A DNA stretch of 64,000 nt from Pelagibacteraceae bacterium AG-426-G02 (GCA_003213155.1 QCNQ01000004.1:638-64637); one strand, 5' to 3'. Counted from the stretch's first letter, positions 18,351 to 27,364 are shown. The notes: a model not told the origin generated them from the sequence alone. Numbers and translations are program-made.

Positions 18351-19592
18351 TTAGCCAATTAAAGCTCCAACATTGAAAATTGGAGAGTACATCGCGATCA
18401 TTAATCCTCCAATCATGATACCCATAAAAACAATCATAATTGGTTCAATTAATGATGAAAGGTTATCAACAGTTGTGTCAAATTCAGCTTCATAATATTT
18501 TGCAACTGATCCAAACATTTCATCGAGTTGTCCAGTTTGTTCCCCTACTGAAATAAGCTGAGAAAAAGTTGGAGGAAATAAAGGATCTTTTAAAAATAAT
18601 TTTGTTAATGTGTCTCCAGAAAAAACCCCTTTTTTTACATTTTCTAAAGACTCTAAAACTACCACATTGGTACTAACTGATTTAGAAATTTCTAAACTTT
18701 CAAGAAGGTTAACACCTGCAGCACTTAAGTTTCCCATGATCAATGAAATTCTAGCTAGCATAGATTTTAATATCATGTCACCGAAAATTGGTAGTTTTAA
18801 AACTTGTTTATGCCAAGCGTATTTCATTTTTTCATTCTTGGAGGTAATATATCTAAAACCTAAAACAAAACCGATTAAACCAAACAGTAAAACTTTTCCA
18901 CCAGTGCCTCTTAAAAAGTCACTCATAGCCATTATAGTTGCTGTTGCAGTGGGTAATTCTATACCCATTCCATCATACATTTTAGCAAATACCGGAACAA
19001 CTTTAACTAACATGAATGCACTAACTGTTACAGCAACTGTAAACATAATACTTGGATACATTAAAGCTGATTTAATCTTCTTTTTAATATTCTCCTTTTT
19101 CTCAAGAGACTCGACAATTTTGAGCAAAAATACATCTAATTTACCACTGGCTTCCCCAGCTTTGATTAAGTTAATGTAGACATTATCGAAAAGCTCAGGA
19201 TATTTTTCAAAACACTTTGATAAAGTAACTCCACCTTCTAAGCTTTTTCTAATATCTTCGATAATGTCTTTCATAGCGGGACTTTCAATTTGATCTCTTA
19301 ACATTCCCAAAACCTGTAAAATCGGCAAACCTGCTTTGACCATAGTTGCAAATTGTTTTGAAAATATTAGAACATCCTCGACTTTTGCCTTCTTTTTTCC
19401 AAAAAGGCTAAATCCTTTACCTTTTTTCTTCTCTTTTACCTCTGTTTTTCTCTTTTTTGACGAACGAACTATATTCGTTATGATAATTTTTTGTTCTTTA
19501 AGCTTATGAGATGCCTCATCTAAATTAAGCGCTTCAATTTCTCCATCTACATATTTGCCTTCAGATATGCCTTTGTAAGTAAATGCTTCCAT
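18351..19592 (-). CDS. pilC: Type IV pilus platform protein PilC (T2SS F family)
   Basis: QFATMVKAGLP, AGEASGKLD, SALMYP, VGEQTGQLD, LIEP. Confidence 0.93.
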   Translation of the reverse strand: MEAFTYKGISEGKYVDGEIEALNLDEASHKLKEQKIIITNIVRSSKKRKTEVKEKKKGKGFSLFGKKKAKVEDVLIFSKQFATMVKAGLPILQVLGMLRDQIESPAMKDIIEDIRKSLEGGVTLSKCFEKYPELFDNVYINLIKAGEASGKLDVFLLKIVESLEKKENIKKKIKSALMYPSIMFTVAVTVSAFMLVKVVPVFAKMYDGMGIELPTATATIMAMSDFLRGTGGKVLLFGLIGFVLGFRYITSKNEKMKYAWHKQVLKLPIFGDMILKSMLARISLIMGNLSAAGVNLLESLEISKSVSTNVVVLESLENVKKGVFSGDTLTKLFLKDPLFPPTFSQLISVGEQTGQLDEMFGSVAKYYEAEFDTTVDNLSSLIEPIMIVFMGIMIGGLMIAMYSPIFNVGALIG

Positions 19593-19606
19593 AAATTAAC
19601 AATTAT

Positions 19607-21358
19607 TTATCCCTCAGACAAAACTCTTTCAAATTCTCTAAAATTTAGTTCACCTGATGCAATTAATCTTCTACCCATATCTTGCATTGTTTGAAAACCT
19701 TCTTTAACTGCAATTTCTCTTAATTCAGGAGTTGTGGCCTGTCTTAGAATTGCTTCTTTAAGAGGCTTAGAAACCGATAGTATTTCATAAATACCTTGTC
19801 TGCCTTTATATCCTGTGTCTTTACACTTTGGACACCCTTTACCTTTAATTGCTTTTACCCTTGATGCAACTTCAGCAGTAAAACCCAAATCTTGTAGAAC
19901 TTTTGGAGTTACATCATCATCAGGAACTTTACAATCTTTGCAATTTTTTCTTGCAAGTCTTTGGGCTACAACAAGTTGACAAGCAGCGCTGATTAAATAA
20001 TCAGGCGTTCCCATATTCTGTAATCTAGTAATTGTACTTGGTGCATCATTAGTGTGCAACGTACTAAATACTAAGTGACCCGTTAAAGCAGCTTTCAAAC
20101 CGATATCAACAGTTTCTTTATCCCTCATCTCTCCAACTAGAATAATTTCAGGATCTTGTCTTAAAAAAGATCTAAGAGCTTTAGCAAAAGTAAAACCAAT
20201 ATCATCTTTTATTTGAACTTGTCCTACACCATCTAATTCATATTCAACAGGATCTTCAGCAGTTAAAATATTTAAATGAGGTTTACTTACTTCCTTCAAG
20301 ATACTGTATAAAGTAGTTGATTTACCAGAACCTGTGGGACCTGTTACAAGAATTAGACCTTGAGTACTATGAATTGACTTTCTTAAACTTTTTAAATCTT
20401 GCTCTTCAAAGTTAAGTTGCTCTAAAGTTATATCTCCCGCATCCTTGTTAAGAACCCGCATTACAATTCTCTCATTATTTGCTGTAGGTAAAATTGAAAG
20501 CCTAAGGTCAACTACCTTGCCTTCAATTTTAAAGTTTATTGCACCATCTTGGGGTAATCTTCTTTCAGCAATATCAAGTTTACCCATAATTTTAAAACGT
20601 GTTACTACCGCGCCGTAATTATCATGAAGAAATTTTCGATACTGTTCTTGCTCAGTAAGCATACCATCAAGTCTATATCTTACTCTTGATGTGAACCTAT
20701 AAGGTTCAATGTGAATATCACTGACACCGCTTTTAATTGCATCTGCAACAACAGCAGTACTGAATTTTATAACTTCAGATTCATTTTCGATTGCCTCAAT
20801 ATCCTCTTCTGGCGTATTTTCTAACACCTCTCCCGCTTCACCTAGATCAGAATCAAAAGTTTTTTGTTTTTCTTTATTTTCTTCTCTAATGGTTGCAGCA
20901 GTCACCTCTCCACTTTCATTTGAAATTTTTTCTATGTACTGAGAAATCTGCGTTAAGGGTGCCGCATGTAACTCAATATTTTTTTTTGTTATTGCTTTTA
21001 AATTTCTCATTAAATTTAGTTTAGAGCTATCAGGAATAGCTATGTGTAAAGTTTTGCCATCAATTTTAAAAGGTGCAACGAAATTTACTTTTATATAATT
21101 AGATGGAAGAACAGTTTTGATCTCTTCAGAAACTTCTTGTTTGGCAAGATCAACAATTTCAAGATTTTGCTCTTTAACTAAAATATCAAGAATTTTTTTT
21201 TCATCAGTTAACTTAAGGTCAAATACAGCCTCAATTTGAGATTTATTTCCCTCAGTACTAGTCTTCTTTATATTTATTAAATCTTTTCCAGAAATTACAT
21301 CATTATCAATTAAAACATTGATTAAATTAATTTCACTTTCTCTGCTTATCTTTAACAT
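19607..21358 (-). CDS. pilB: Type IV pilus extension ATPase PilB
   Basis: DIAERRLPQDG, Walker A GPTGSGKST, LRQDPEIILVGEMRD, STLHTN, CxxC..CxxC Zn motif. Confidence 0.95.
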   Translation of the reverse strand: MLKISRESEINLINVLIDNDVISGKDLINIKKTSTEGNKSQIEAVFDLKLTDEKKILDILVKEQNLEIVDLAKQEVSEEIKTVLPSNYIKVNFVAPFKIDGKTLHIAIPDSSKLNLMRNLKAITKKNIELHAAPLTQISQYIEKISNESGEVTAATIREENKEKQKTFDSDLGEAGEVLENTPEEDIEAIENESEVIKFSTAVVADAIKSGVSDIHIEPYRFTSRVRYRLDGMLTEQEQYRKFLHDNYGAVVTRFKIMGKLDIAERRLPQDGAINFKIEGKVVDLRLSILPTANNERIVMRVLNKDAGDITLEQLNFEEQDLKSLRKSIHSTQGLILVTGPTGSGKSTTLYSILKEVSKPHLNILTAEDPVEYELDGVGQVQIKDDIGFTFAKALRSFLRQDPEIILVGEMRDKETVDIGLKAALTGHLVFSTLHTNDAPSTITRLQNMGTPDYLISAACQLVVAQRLARKNCKDCKVPDDDVTPKVLQDLGFTAEVASRVKAIKGKGCPKCKDTGYKGRQGIYEILSVSKPLKEAILRQATTPELREIAVKEGFQTMQDMGRRLIASGELNFREFERVLSEG

Positions 21359-21362
21359 ATTA

Positions 21363-22919
21363 TTATAAAATTCTTGGAGCGATAAACACCAATAAGTCAG
21401 TTAATTTATCAGATTTACTTGTCCCTTTAAACATTTTTCCAACGATAGGAAGATTTGCTGCGCCTGGGACTTGACCTGCTTTATCAGAAACAGTATTTTT
21501 CTTTATTCCACCAATTACAACGATATCGCCGTCAGCAACTAGTAATTTTGTAGCAATTTCCATGGTGTTTATTCCAACGCTACCAGCATTCTGTCTGTTT
21601 GGAGAGTCATTGTTTACTTTTACATCTAGAAGCACATTTCCATCTCCAATGATACTAGGTGTTACTGTCATAACCAATGCTGCATCAGTAAATGTGTCAG
21701 CGCCATCACCTCCCGCTACAGGAATTTGTTCACCTTGTTTGATTGTTGCAGTTTGATTATCTAAAGAAAATATTTTTGGATTAGAGATTATTTTGGATAT
21801 ACCTTTTTTCTCCATTGCTTCCAATTCTACTTTTAACACCGCTGAACCTGTTTTTTTTAATATTCCTATACCTGAAGTAGCCCCAGCAGCGGGTAAATTC
21901 ATTAATGTATCTTTTCCATCACCAAGGTTTGAAGTGTCATCGGATATAGAAGAGTCTGTCCCAGATGGCGCACCTACGGAAGTACCACCAAGAGTACCTC
22001 CTGCTCTCATATCTTGTCTTGCAAAAGCACCTCCTAATTTTTTACCAAGCTCTTGCTCAAAAGAAGACTCGGCCTCTACTATGTATACCTCCATTAAAAC
22101 TTGTTTAGTTCTAACATCAATTTCTCTTAAAACTTTATCGACTACATCTAAATCTTTTTCTTTACCTCTAACAATAATAGAACGAGTAGTTTTTTCCTCT
22201 GTAACTTGTATAGGCATAAATGAACCTGCACCACCGCTAGAAGTAAATAGTTCAGTTATTGTAGCTTTGGCTTCTGCTGGAGAAATATAGTATAGTCTAA
22301 ATATTTCTGAAATAATTGGTTCAACTGAGTCCTCTAATTCAACTTTCTTTTTAACAGCTTGAGCTCTTGCAGATTTATAACTTTCTTGAGAAGTTAATGT
22401 TGCCGGAGTAGCTACTCTTATAATGTTACTAGCAACATCAATGTCTGCTGCATAATTTTTCATATCCAATAAAGCATTAAAAGCTTTATCCCAAGGTACA
22501 TCTGTCAATGAAGCTGTAACTGACCCAGCAACATCCTCACCCACAAGAATGTTCACATTACCGATTTCTCCCATTAATCTCATGGTTTCACCGTAGTCCA
22601 TATTTTGAAAATTAAATGTTACGTTTTGTTTTAAACTTACATATTCCTCGGGAATTAAAAGATAATTTTTTTCTTTAACTGCAGATAGTTTTTTTCTTTT
22701 TTTAAGTTTTACAACATCTCCTTCTACTGGAGTTGGGCCCATCTCCGCCATTTTATCAATTTCTGCTTTACCCATTTCTTTAACATCAGTCTTAATAAGT
22801 GGAGTATTGTGCTTAAAAATTTTGCTAGATTTTTTCTTACCCGTAGCGGTACAGCCTGCAACTAATAATCCTACAACAATAAAGCTTGTAAATATTTTTA
22901 AAAAAGATTTTTTCATCAA
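21363..22919 (-). CDS. pilQ: Type IV pilus secretin PilQ (lipoprotein-type N-terminus)
   Basis: VPWDKAFNALL, secretin core (VTPSII, IVVIGG, VPGAANLPIVGKMF, LLVFIAPRIL); LVAGC lipobox. Confidence 0.92.
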   Translation of the reverse strand: MMKKSFLKIFTSFIVVGLLVAGCTATGKKKSSKIFKHNTPLIKTDVKEMGKAEIDKMAEMGPTPVEGDVVKLKKRKKLSAVKEKNYLLIPEEYVSLKQNVTFNFQNMDYGETMRLMGEIGNVNILVGEDVAGSVTASLTDVPWDKAFNALLDMKNYAADIDVASNIIRVATPATLTSQESYKSARAQAVKKKVELEDSVEPIISEIFRLYYISPAEAKATITELFTSSGGAGSFMPIQVTEEKTTRSIIVRGKEKDLDVVDKVLREIDVRTKQVLMEVYIVEAESSFEQELGKKLGGAFARQDMRAGGTLGGTSVGAPSGTDSSISDDTSNLGDGKDTLMNLPAAGATSGIGILKKTGSAVLKVELEAMEKKGISKIISNPKIFSLDNQTATIKQGEQIPVAGGDGADTFTDAALVMTVTPSIIGDGNVLLDVKVNNDSPNRQNAGSVGINTMEIATKLLVADGDIVVIGGIKKNTVSDKAGQVPGAANLPIVGKMFKGTSKSDKLTDLLVFIAPRIL

Positions 22920-23425
22920 TTGTTTCTCTCTATAATTTGATTTTTGAAATTAATTACAACTAAGGAATCCTCACCATTTTCAAAAATAACTTCTTTTTTA
23001 CTAATACCTATCAATCTTACTCCTGGAGATAGCTCATCATTAAAAGCAACATTTATTATGTCACCATTTTCATCTACCAAAGATGCGAAACCTACGCCTT
23101 CACCTTCAATTATTCCTACTAATTTGTAATTGAACACACTCAATTTTTTCTTTTTCTCCTCAGTTTCTGCAATTAGTTTTACACCTGCGCTAGAACCTCC
23201 AAGAGTACCATCACCGACAAAAGGATCATTTAATGGGAGTGGCTCTTCTTTACTAATCTCTGAACTGATATTCGATTTTTTCTGTGCTTGCTGTTCTTTT
23301 ATTTTTTGGTTTACTTCTTTTGCTCGCTCAACAATATTCTGCTCTTTATCATGGTTATCAGCTTTTCCCGCGAATGCAAAAAACAACATGAAAATGATAT
23401 ATGTTATTTTCCTAAAAAAATTCAT
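22916..23425 (-). CDS. pilP: PilP-like pilus alignment protein
   Basis: DPF motif, YKLVGII beta domain, position between pilO and pilQ. Confidence 0.7.
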   Translation of the reverse strand: MNFFRKITYIIFMLFFAFAGKADNHDKEQNIVERAKEVNQKIKEQQAQKKSNISSEISKEEPLPLNDPFVGDGTLGGSSAGVKLIAETEEKKKKLSVFNYKLVGIIEGEGVGFASLVDENGDIINVAFNDELSPGVRLIGISKKEVIFENGEDSLVVINFKNQIIERNN

Positions 23426-24110
23426 CTGCCAAACCTACAATAGTTAATGTTCCATTCACTTTTATCGCTCCAGTTGAATCTCCCTGTTTTACCACTTTGA
23501 TAGACTCATTGTCAAAGTTTAACGTCTTTTGCGATAGAGATAATTGCCTTTTAAACTTAATATATCCTAAAAAATTTCCAGTTATCTCAAAATCTACTGG
23601 GATTTTATAATAAGCTATATTTTTTACTTCTCGTTTCTGTTTCTTTTTCTTTTTCTTTTTCTTTTTTTTACTAACTGAAGCTATTGCATCAGCTTTAGTG
23701 ACCTCTGCTATTTTTTTCTTTTCAATTTTAGAAATTACTAAATTATTCATTGCAGCAAATTCACTCAAGGTTTGATACAAGCCCTCAACTTCAGCTTTGG
23801 TGTGAAATAGAGTTGAATATTGCTCATATTGAGGTCTCTTTAGTTTTATTTTTTTATTTTTAGATTTTATGTCGCTTACAAATTTTGCTGTTTCTTCTTT
23901 TTTCTTATTCATGTCGTCGAGTTGTGCTTTTTTCTTATTAACAATGGGATTTAAAACTGCATAGAAAATAACTAAAAAGAAAACTACTGCTCCCACAGAT
24001 ACTCCTAATTTAATCCAAGTTTTTTTATCAACGTTTTTTAGTTTTGCTTGAATATCTTCGAGAGATATATTTTTTAAGTCAATATTTTTTAAATCAATTT
24101 TGAAGTTCAT
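23412..24110 (-). CDS. pilO: PilO pilus alignment protein
   Basis: Single TM, coiled coil, YYKIPVDFEITGNF motif; contains a K10 tract. Confidence 0.82.
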   Translation of the reverse strand: MNFKIDLKNIDLKNISLEDIQAKLKNVDKKTWIKLGVSVGAVVFFLVIFYAVLNPIVNKKKAQLDDMNKKKEETAKFVSDIKSKNKKIKLKRPQYEQYSTLFHTKAEVEGLYQTLSEFAAMNNLVISKIEKKKIAEVTKADAIASVSKKKKKKKKKKQKREVKNIAYYKIPVDFEITGNFLGYIKFKRQLSLSQKTLNFDNESIKVVKQGDSTGAIKVNGTLTIVGLADEFF

Positions 24111-26518
24111 AATTTTACTTTTTTAATTTTTACAAAAACTCTAAACCCTTTCATTGTTACTCCACCTTGTGTTGATCGAGGAAGTCTCATTGAAGACAAA
24201 GATGCTTGCTCAACTAATTCCTGTTTTCCCAAGTTATCAATAAACTTTAAAATATCTTGATCGCTTGCTGCAATACCCTGTATGGTAATCATACGTCCAC
24301 CATTATAATCAACTTGATCAAATTTTAATCTTGCTGGGACACTTGATGCAATCTGGGCTAATATTCTATAAGTTAATTCTTTGTTAGATTTTAAAGTTGA
24401 ACTTAATTTTAATGTAGTTTCAATTAATTGTAATTCTTTTGAGACTTTTTTTAACTCTGCAGATTTTTCTTTATGAACTTTAACGACATTAGAATAGTCT
24501 TTTAATTTTTTATTGTAGGAATGAATATTCCAAAAAGATAATGAAAATAAAATTAAATATAATGCTGCTATACCGCCAGCTAATCCTTTAAATGCAAAAC
24601 TTGAAATTGCTTTCATTTTCTTTTGCTGAAACATACTTTTTCTATTAGGAAGTAAGTTTATGTTTTTTGCAGCAGTTACAAATTTATAATATCCAAATAC
24701 ATCAAGTTTTCTAAACGCTAATCCTACAGGTGTAGCTAAGTAAGATCTATTTTCTAAATTGATTTGCTGTTCAAATTGTTGTGGTACTTTTAAACCTTCA
24801 ATTGGGTCAAATAAATTAAAGCCAACATTCATTAATACTTTTCTAAAAAATGATAAATATTCCTCAACATTTTTAAGATCTGAAACAACTTTAATATTTC
24901 TAATTCTTTTTTCATATTTTGTTTCAAAATCTTGAACTGCTTGTTTAACTTGTGTGACGTACCTTCTAACTAGTGCTTCTTTTTCCTCTACATCCTCAGA
25001 CTCTAATAAAATTTTTCTATCCTGCCCTCTTAAAAAAATATCAGTAATTATTGGGTTATTATCATACAAAATCATTAAATAGTTTTCATCTAAACCAAAT
25101 TCTAACACCGCTGTTAAATTTGCGTCTTCAGTTTTATTAGTGATTTGATTAATTTGGTCGACAGCAGATTTTAGAGCAAAACATTTAACATCAATAATTA
25201 CAGGGTTTAACCCACTATTTTTTACGATTGATACGTAGCTATTTATATCTGCCAATTTAGATGCAACAAAAAGAATATCCATTGTATTATCTTTTTCATT
25301 TCGATTAATCACTTGATGAAAAATTGAATAATCATCTAAGTTATCTGTTAGTTGAACTAAATTCTCCCACAATGAGTTCGTTTCAATTGCTTTTTGCAAT
25401 TCCTCTTCTTTCATAAGTGGAGAAGTAACCACTCTTATGATTGCACTAGTAACTGGTATTGAGATCGCAACATTATTTACATCTATTTTAGACTTTTGTA
25501 ACGCTAAACTTAGTTCTGTTGTAACTTTTTCAGCATTTTCAAGAACACTACTTTCATCAGGAATTTCTATTGGATGAGAATAAAATTTATCTAACACCCA
25601 TTGATTTGACTTGTTTGTATTTATTTGCGCAAGTCTTATCTCTTTATTAGTTAACTCAACACCAATAACCTCTTCTCCTTGAACAGAAGATTTACTAATT
25701 TTTGATTTAAAAAATTCTAATGCTTTGTTAAAAGGATTGTTTCGTTTCTTTTCTGGTGACTTGGGTAGTTTAATTCCTTTTAGTGAAGGTTTTTTAAATT
25801 TTAAATTTTTTAATTTACCAAAAATATTTGAAACTTTACTTTTTGATTTTTCTTCAGTTGTTTCCTCAACTTTTGTTGCGACTTCATTGTTAATAGTAAT
25901 ATTGTTTTCAACTATACTCTCATCTTTTGAAGGAACAATTTTTTGCTCATCAGTTTTAATTTCTGAAGTTTCATCTTTAACATCTGGGGTTTCAACAGGA
26001 ATTATTTTTTCTTCTACGTTTGTATTTGTTTCCGGTTGATTTTGCACTGGAGCTGGGGTTTGTTCTCCCGCTTCAGCAATTTTTTTTAGTTTTTCACTTT
26101 CTGCTTGAACATCATCAAACCATTTTTCTAAAATTGGTATTGCCTCATCTAGATTTGTTGTTCCTGAAGACGAGATTTTTTGTTTTCCATCAATATAAAG
26201 TCTTCCAACCCAATTTTTAGATTTAAGTTCGCCTTTGTATTTGTCTTGTCTAACGTAAATATGAAGTCTTCCATCCTTTTTGTGAATAACTTGGTGAGTA
26301 GATCCCTCATTCTCATCTTTTTTTTCAACTAACGCATCAGAGACCTTAGTTTCGTCAGTATTTTGATCAATATTTTCATTTGCACTCTGAATTTTTTCAT
26401 TATCTAGATTTTGTACACCTTCAGGTTGATTTTTATCTTCAATTTCAGATTGATTTTCAGATCCAGATTGATTTGGATCATCATTTAAAATTTTTTTATC
26501 TTCGTCTTGATCACTCAT
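24107..26518 (-). CDS. pilM: PilM-PilN fusion with an N-terminal acidic linker and a putative arm-type DNA-binding domain
   Basis: aa ~283-610 PilM-like (VIGVEL, VAISIP, GLNPVIIDV, VGLAFR); INLLP PilN motif at ~aa 620; TM; PilN periplasmic domain (ITIQGIA). Confidence 0.85.
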   Translation of the reverse strand: MSDQDEDKKILNDDPNQSGSENQSEIEDKNQPEGVQNLDNEKIQSANENIDQNTDETKVSDALVEKKDENEGSTHQVIHKKDGRLHIYVRQDKYKGELKSKNWVGRLYIDGKQKISSSGTTNLDEAIPILEKWFDDVQAESEKLKKIAEAGEQTPAPVQNQPETNTNVEEKIIPVETPDVKDETSEIKTDEQKIVPSKDESIVENNITINNEVATKVEETTEEKSKSKVSNIFGKLKNLKFKKPSLKGIKLPKSPEKKRNNPFNKALEFFKSKISKSSVQGEEVIGVELTNKEIRLAQINTNKSNQWVLDKFYSHPIEIPDESSVLENAEKVTTELSLALQKSKIDVNNVAISIPVTSAIIRVVTSPLMKEEELQKAIETNSLWENLVQLTDNLDDYSIFHQVINRNEKDNTMDILFVASKLADINSYVSIVKNSGLNPVIIDVKCFALKSAVDQINQITNKTEDANLTAVLEFGLDENYLMILYDNNPIITDIFLRGQDRKILLESEDVEEKEALVRRYVTQVKQAVQDFETKYEKRIRNIKVVSDLKNVEEYLSFFRKVLMNVGFNLFDPIEGLKVPQQFEQQINLENRSYLATPVGLAFRKLDVFGYYKFVTAAKNINLLPNRKSMFQQKKMKAISSFAFKGLAGGIAALYLILFSLSFWNIHSYNKKLKDYSNVVKVHKEKSAELKKVSKELQLIETTLKLSSTLKSNKELTYRILAQIASSVPARLKFDQVDYNGGRMITIQGIAASDQDILKFIDNLGKQELVEQASLSSMRLPRSTQGGVTMKGFRVFVKIKKVKL

Positions 26519-26537
26519 ATTAAAAAATAAATATTTT

Positions 26538-26860
26538 CTCTAACACAATTTACGAATCTCTAACACAAAAATCATTTTTAGTCTAACACAAAATTAAATA
26601 TTATATGTTCAAAATGAGTTTTTTATTAAAAAAGTAAGGAAAATCGGGATTTTTAAGCTAATTCTATTTTTTTTTAAAATTTATTAAAATATATAAACTC
26701 TAACACAATTAAATTTTTTAGATTGTGTTAGAGTAATTTACGATTGTGTTAGAGTTAAATTTTTTTCAGAAATTTAAAAAAACCTAATAAAATCAACAAT
26801 TTTTGTTTTTTTAAAAATTTAGAGCAATTTGTGTTAGAGTTTTAAATTTTTGTGTTAGAG
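26538..26860. repeat. Array of eight 11-bp CTCTAACACAA motifs (4 direct, then 4 inverted) upstream of pilM
   Basis: Forward copies at 26538, 26558, 26581 (G for first C) and 26698; reverse copies (TTGTGTTAGAG) at 26723, 26744, 26829 and 26850. Confidence 0.95.
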
Positions 26861-27048
26861 GAAAGAAAAAAACATTAACTTTAATCTGGGTTATCCAATT
26901 ATTAGTGTAAAAATATTAATAAATGAGTTTTTTTTATATTTTCAACTTAAAATTGATTAGTTTTACTAAAAATATTTTATTTTTTTCTATTAAAAATTGT
27001 ATTTTCTAAAAAAATTAATTTTTATCTAAAAATTTTTTGTATTAAATC

Positions 27049-27351
27049 CTAATTAGGGTTTCCTTTGATGTCTGTTGTCAATTCTTGATAGATCATAACA
27101 GAAATTGTATTTAAATTACTTATAACTCTTTCATAATCCCATGAAAGATCAATATTATTACAATTTAGTTCTTTAAAATAATAAACTTCACCTAATTTAA
27201 TTTCTGGTTTTATTTCTGCAGCAATAATATTCATTTCATTTGTTTTTTTTTCAATGACAAAATTATATCTACATACATTAGTTGTAGCCCAATATAAGAC
27301 AGAAGTAATAACTATTCCAATTAGTATCATTATTTTTCCAATGCTAAACAT
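27049..27351 (-). CDS. Hypothetical membrane-anchored protein
   Basis: N-terminal hydrophobic helix, two Cys; directly downstream of the GAF-PP2C gene. Confidence 0.6.
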   Translation of the reverse strand: MFSIGKIMILIGIVITSVLYWATTNVCRYNFVIEKKTNEMNIIAAEIKPEIKLGEVYYFKELNCNNIDLSWDYERVISNLNTISVMIYQELTTDIKGNPN

Positions 27352-27364
27352 TTATTGATGTACA

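Noticed and set aside
26538-26860. CRISPR array interpretation of the repeats
   Set aside because: Repeats are only 11 bp, occur in both orientations with irregular 9-106 bp gaps, and no cas genes are present
24107-26860. Active integrative element or prophage
   Set aside because: No catalytic recombinase domain, phage genes or flanking att duplication seen
26519-27048. Chromosomal oriC interpretation
   Set aside because: The motif is not a DnaA box (TTATCCACA); only a partial ttatcca at 26891; no dnaA/hemE/parAB context. An iteron-like role is not formally excluded.
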